DNA of 36,339 nt from Bifidobacteriaceae bacterium (lineage in GTDB: Bacteria; Actinomycetota; Actinomycetes; Actinomycetales; WQXJ01): assembly GCA_031266115.1 (NCBI GenBank), contig JAISBQ010000253.1:1-36339 (forward strand), read 5' to 3'. Under the pieces are notes generated by a model. The model was not told where the DNA came from and ran no database searches. It saw only the letters and a list, made by a program, of their open reading frames with translations. The translations under genes and the position numbers were made by a program. Shown here one piece after another: positions 35,801-36,339 of the stretch (position 1 is its first letter; each line of letters begins with the position of its first letter).

Positions 35801-36339
35801 GGTGCCGGCCACCGCGGTAGCGTCCGGCGGAACGTTCGGATCGAAGGTGACAGTGACCTGGCCCTGTAGCTGCCAGGTCGCATACCACTGTTGGATGGGT
35901 GGGCCAGCGTCCTCGGTGTCCCATGTCAGTCTGGTCACCCCCGGCACGGCCGTGTCGCCGGGGGAGTCCAGAGAAGCCACCCAGCCGGTGAAATGATAGG
36001 ACTCGATCACTGGGGAGGACAGGTCGGCACGGATCGTGCTGTTGTAGGGGATTCCGTGTTGGGTATCCGGCATCGTCCCGGCTACGACCGCCGTACTGGT
36101 TGGTGCGTTCTGATCGAAAGTGACGGTCAACGTGTCGGGGACGAGTATCCATGTGGCATACAGGGTGGTTTGGCCGGTCAATCGGGTGCCATCGACCCCC
36201 AGCGCAATCGGGTTCCCACCCGATTCGGCGTCATACCAGCCGGTGAACCGGTATCCCTCCACGACCGGCACACCGAGACTGTCCGGGACCGTGCCGTTGT
36301 AGGCGAACGCGTCCCACCCTTGGGGGCATGTCCCGGGGA
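26888..36339 (-). CDS. Giant surface protein: ~34 InlB B-repeat (Flg_new-like) domains, acidic Pro linker, C-terminal Big_2-like Ig domains (5' end beyond right edge)
   Basis: >3127 aa; the frame stays open to 36339 (PGTCPQGWDAFAYNG...). I counted 34 units of VxFDxN...P...G(Y/F)xFxGW(Y)...TLYAxW. The C-terminus has SSRPKVATVSASG and SSNPSVLRVDKTGRIVALTKGKATVTV. Confidence 0.93.
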   Translation of the reverse strand, partial: PGTCPQGWDAFAYNGTVPDSLGVPVVEGYRFTGWYDAESGGNPIALGVDGTRLTGQTTLYATWILVPDTLTVTFDQNAPTSTAVVAGTMPDTQHGIPYNSTIRADLSSPVIESYHFTGWVASLDSPGDTAVPGVTRLTWDTEDAGPPIQQWYATWQLQGQVTVTFDPNVPPDATAVAGTVPGTLTNQIYNTRITPTSPIVEGYRFDGWTINSQDQTINGARFDPLVDRLTMDKFTTTDARTIALVATWTPMPAIDLVFDPNPPAGDGTVVNGTVPDQIDDLPYNAQVLTPPTPDPLVDAYTGTGYRFTGWYTATDGGNQVTFGPSGTRIIASPVYAHWTVDTTTYSITWNPNDDSASRAVNIPTNNQDLYYAAPLASPDTQILRQGYQFTGWWTGEGGTGTRVVFAGSDQTRISGNTTLHAAWTQDSTPYTVTFDPNAGGDPDVVGVPESKTLAVSEPIGEPDSTPVRPGFVFDGWWYSCGSESQCTGEFHATDRVPDPGQDVTVHARWILDGSNYTVTFDPNAGDDENVFGVPITKDLRVSDTIGAASSTIGRVGYEFRGWWYECESQTVCAGEFDPTDRVPSPGQNVTLHAKWTENARSYEVVYHANAGEDSTVRDTPINNQDVKVSELTAAPDSLIAREGYRFDGWYATCTSQTECADPVALGTVRIPDPGADIDVYAKWVVENPVQIEFAPNTPANSEVTGMPQTIAGLAYDATMPETLTPVALATDASGGYEFGGWYTDPTAGVEYAPGTTRVTQNTTLHARWSAESLTVAVTFVEDPTPGPSSPLVPDTMPEPIPALAYSAVLPADLASPVAEGHRFAGWCDAADPDTAVIPGVTRINADIVLKPVWTEAALVQVQFDANEPSGLGTQVVPGTMPDTPTTQVLNALLPAGIQSPILVGYRFTGWYSAPEGGTEYIPGTTRVSTDADIVVVTLYAQWERIVATYSVTWDPNDDDEARAAGVPANNQGLAYAAALVPPDSQIVRPGYGFIGWYFDSAGLGELVSFSGPDAFRLTAATTLHAQWQADPERYRVVYHANAADDPTLRSVPANNQDLRVSDLTAAAETQIAREGFAFTGWYTTCSSQTACEDQIALGTVRIPDPGADIHVYAGWEAVAPSTVEFDANVPPGAEAFEMPARIVDLAYDAVLPAIGVSDPVAIAADGSGGYRFSGWFDAPTGGNRYTPGTTHVTGNLTLHAQWEPASRTVAVSFSPVAPDDESPLVPGSMPPAIPALAYSAPLPANFASPAAIGHRFAGWRQADAEVAFTPGVTRVWTDITLVPTWTGAAPVSVRFDANTPEGTPVAGTVPTDMPLALNALLPGDLPVPVLVGYQFTGWYSAADGGEQYIPGTTRVSTDADETVLTLYARWDAKPNFEIGFECQATGSRQVVPGTCPTGPLTVDYDQLMPTDLSVPLAVGYVFTGWFTASAGGDAVEPGITRLREATTLYAQWQARGPLAVQFSAGIAGGAVDGTMPEAIAALAYNEVLPVSLRQPIVPGQAFAGWFTAPGGEGERFLPGVTRVSADQTLYAAWQAHEPVTVTFAPGVAPTVTGTMPPPSVAIDFNAHVAEPTQVPVALGFAFAGWKVDGEPFDFAATRLTEDVTLVATWTPMAEVSVAFDANTPTDTNAVAGTIPPGLTAPYASLLPTGLAVPVAPGYRWLGWFTARQGGALVTPGVSRLTVDPQVVYAQWEPMDDLQVGFNAKKPAGTTLEPGTVPEPATVRYHDLVPRPADPVVPGYRFDGWYTTSELTTPFDFDNDRVTADTFAFGAWTAMAPVTVAFDVGAVSPYTDALRPISGVAYAARLADPGSPGAAGFEFLGWYARSDDDVPPVDFATWRVTGAGTVTLHARWRALDPVRVRFVGNEPVVTPAANLPADIVDAKIHDLVPLPAQLPTLAGYRFTYWSTDTAGTEPFQFDVARVGAGELTLYANWAELQRFTFTYLPNAPLGVAVQGDTFPVAETILEGETTTAPPPPEATGALFAGWSSSPDAAIPVDFAAPVVASATVYAQWTVKPAVTINFDANGYTTIHGTMPHDYSHVIYGTTVLPPQTTPVESSGFKEFLGWYTSPAPGPDADPFDFLAPVRSDENITLHAAWGDAPTSQVAFDLRLDPEGLTGPDAVFQGADPAAQIVPRGRTAERPEVDPAAEGWRFTGWYTQASDGPTYSFDSTPVIEPITLQAGWRKMAGIPVSFLANIPDGGEAIDGTVPAIVHIPYNSYVPAPVGTEPGWEGHAFTGWYTAPAGGAAFAFFGMPAAIRHTTAVSAFAAWETRPAIAVTFAPGEVGAEAARVVPGTMPAAVASLRYDAVLPSLTAVPAAIGHRFTGWTDGARPVTPGVTRLRQDTTATAQWDPAPAVVQVEFDAGIDGASGLPEPASVPLNDTLDSAAAAEPRAPGYRFDGWSLTPDGPIEDRAALRANGPDTMTLYGRWTAMPAQLVVFDTNVPDGATAVTGTGPGDIHVVYDTPAAMPEAVPAAQGWRFTGWYREAEAEIPFAFAGDMEPRAITGPTTVYAGWEAADPVTVTFAAGTVGGEPAEFAPGSPWPDAIEALPYNAVLPADIPDPTVVGHRFAGWLGPDGPVVPGLTRLTEPVVLAAQWDEALTVVEVAFAAGQVDDAEGLPAAQTVPLSGYLDTDLVTEPVATAHAFAGWSPAVAGGAIVDLASTRIETTGATLTLYAQWEDRGPVQLRLDAGGREVVTGMPPGAAMTAAYNGRVELPILVGVGVIFDGWALCPGGQGAPALAPDARFTEDGDLCALWHGADPVQVTFDLGANGDSTQVATSLNALVTRPADPTHAGFVFAGWFADSALTTLFDFAQTRVSAPLTVYAKWIAIPDGGDDPDRPGDEDTDRPGDEDPGRQNRPEPDLPGRIDEDRQGAGDALVPEDQPSQLVAAISILGAPTVWEVPRGGGAGLSLTAQVSPANATVTGVSWTILAGPASVDASGFVTFTGAEGRVVVRAIATDGSGVRARVAIQAVRAVGALRTSGSRVYIQSGKTLRPAVVAVGRGALASPTDAKLTFVSSRPKVATVSASGIVKAAKVTRPAKAVITVRSGNGKTAAIKVTVVPRAKKLIALHAAVPAGKSKLTVGETARIAVRLTPTTATGVTPTFKSSNPSVLRVDKTGRIVALTKGKATVTVKAAGTRATTTRVTVR
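27782..27836 (-). repeat. 24-bp coding tandem repeat (DRPGDEDx) in the surface-protein linker
   Basis: ATCCTC(A/G)TCGCCCGGCCGGTC occurs twice with period 24, encoding DDPDRPGDEDTDRPGDEDP. Confidence 0.85.

Overview
High-GC window, most likely from an actinobacterium (inferred from GC content, Mtb-like UspABC permeases and repeated TAnnnT-N6/7-start leaderless promoters; taxonomy not verified). Left to right: a two-gene HcnABC/opine-oxidase-type flavo-oxidoreductase unit (minus strand, truncated at the left edge, with a DAO + 2Fe-2S fusion); two large cell-surface glycosyltransferases; an inserted three-gene block (AAA_14/DUF4143 ATPase-nuclease, small HEPN-like protein, and an 896-aa ParA/MinD + second P-loop NTPase fusion), which is the best candidate for an uncharacterised defence/conflict system; teichoic-acid genes (GT2, TagB/F-like, TarL-like); a nest of two palindromic repeat families; a GT-C mannosyltransferase-like gene; a hydrolase, an aldo/keto reductase and an SDR; a UspABC-like sugar ABC operon with a long structured leader, bracketed by two vapBC modules; and the 3' 9.4 kb of a giant InlB-B-repeat surface protein that runs off the right edge. 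Family calls come from motif recognition by eye, not from database searches.
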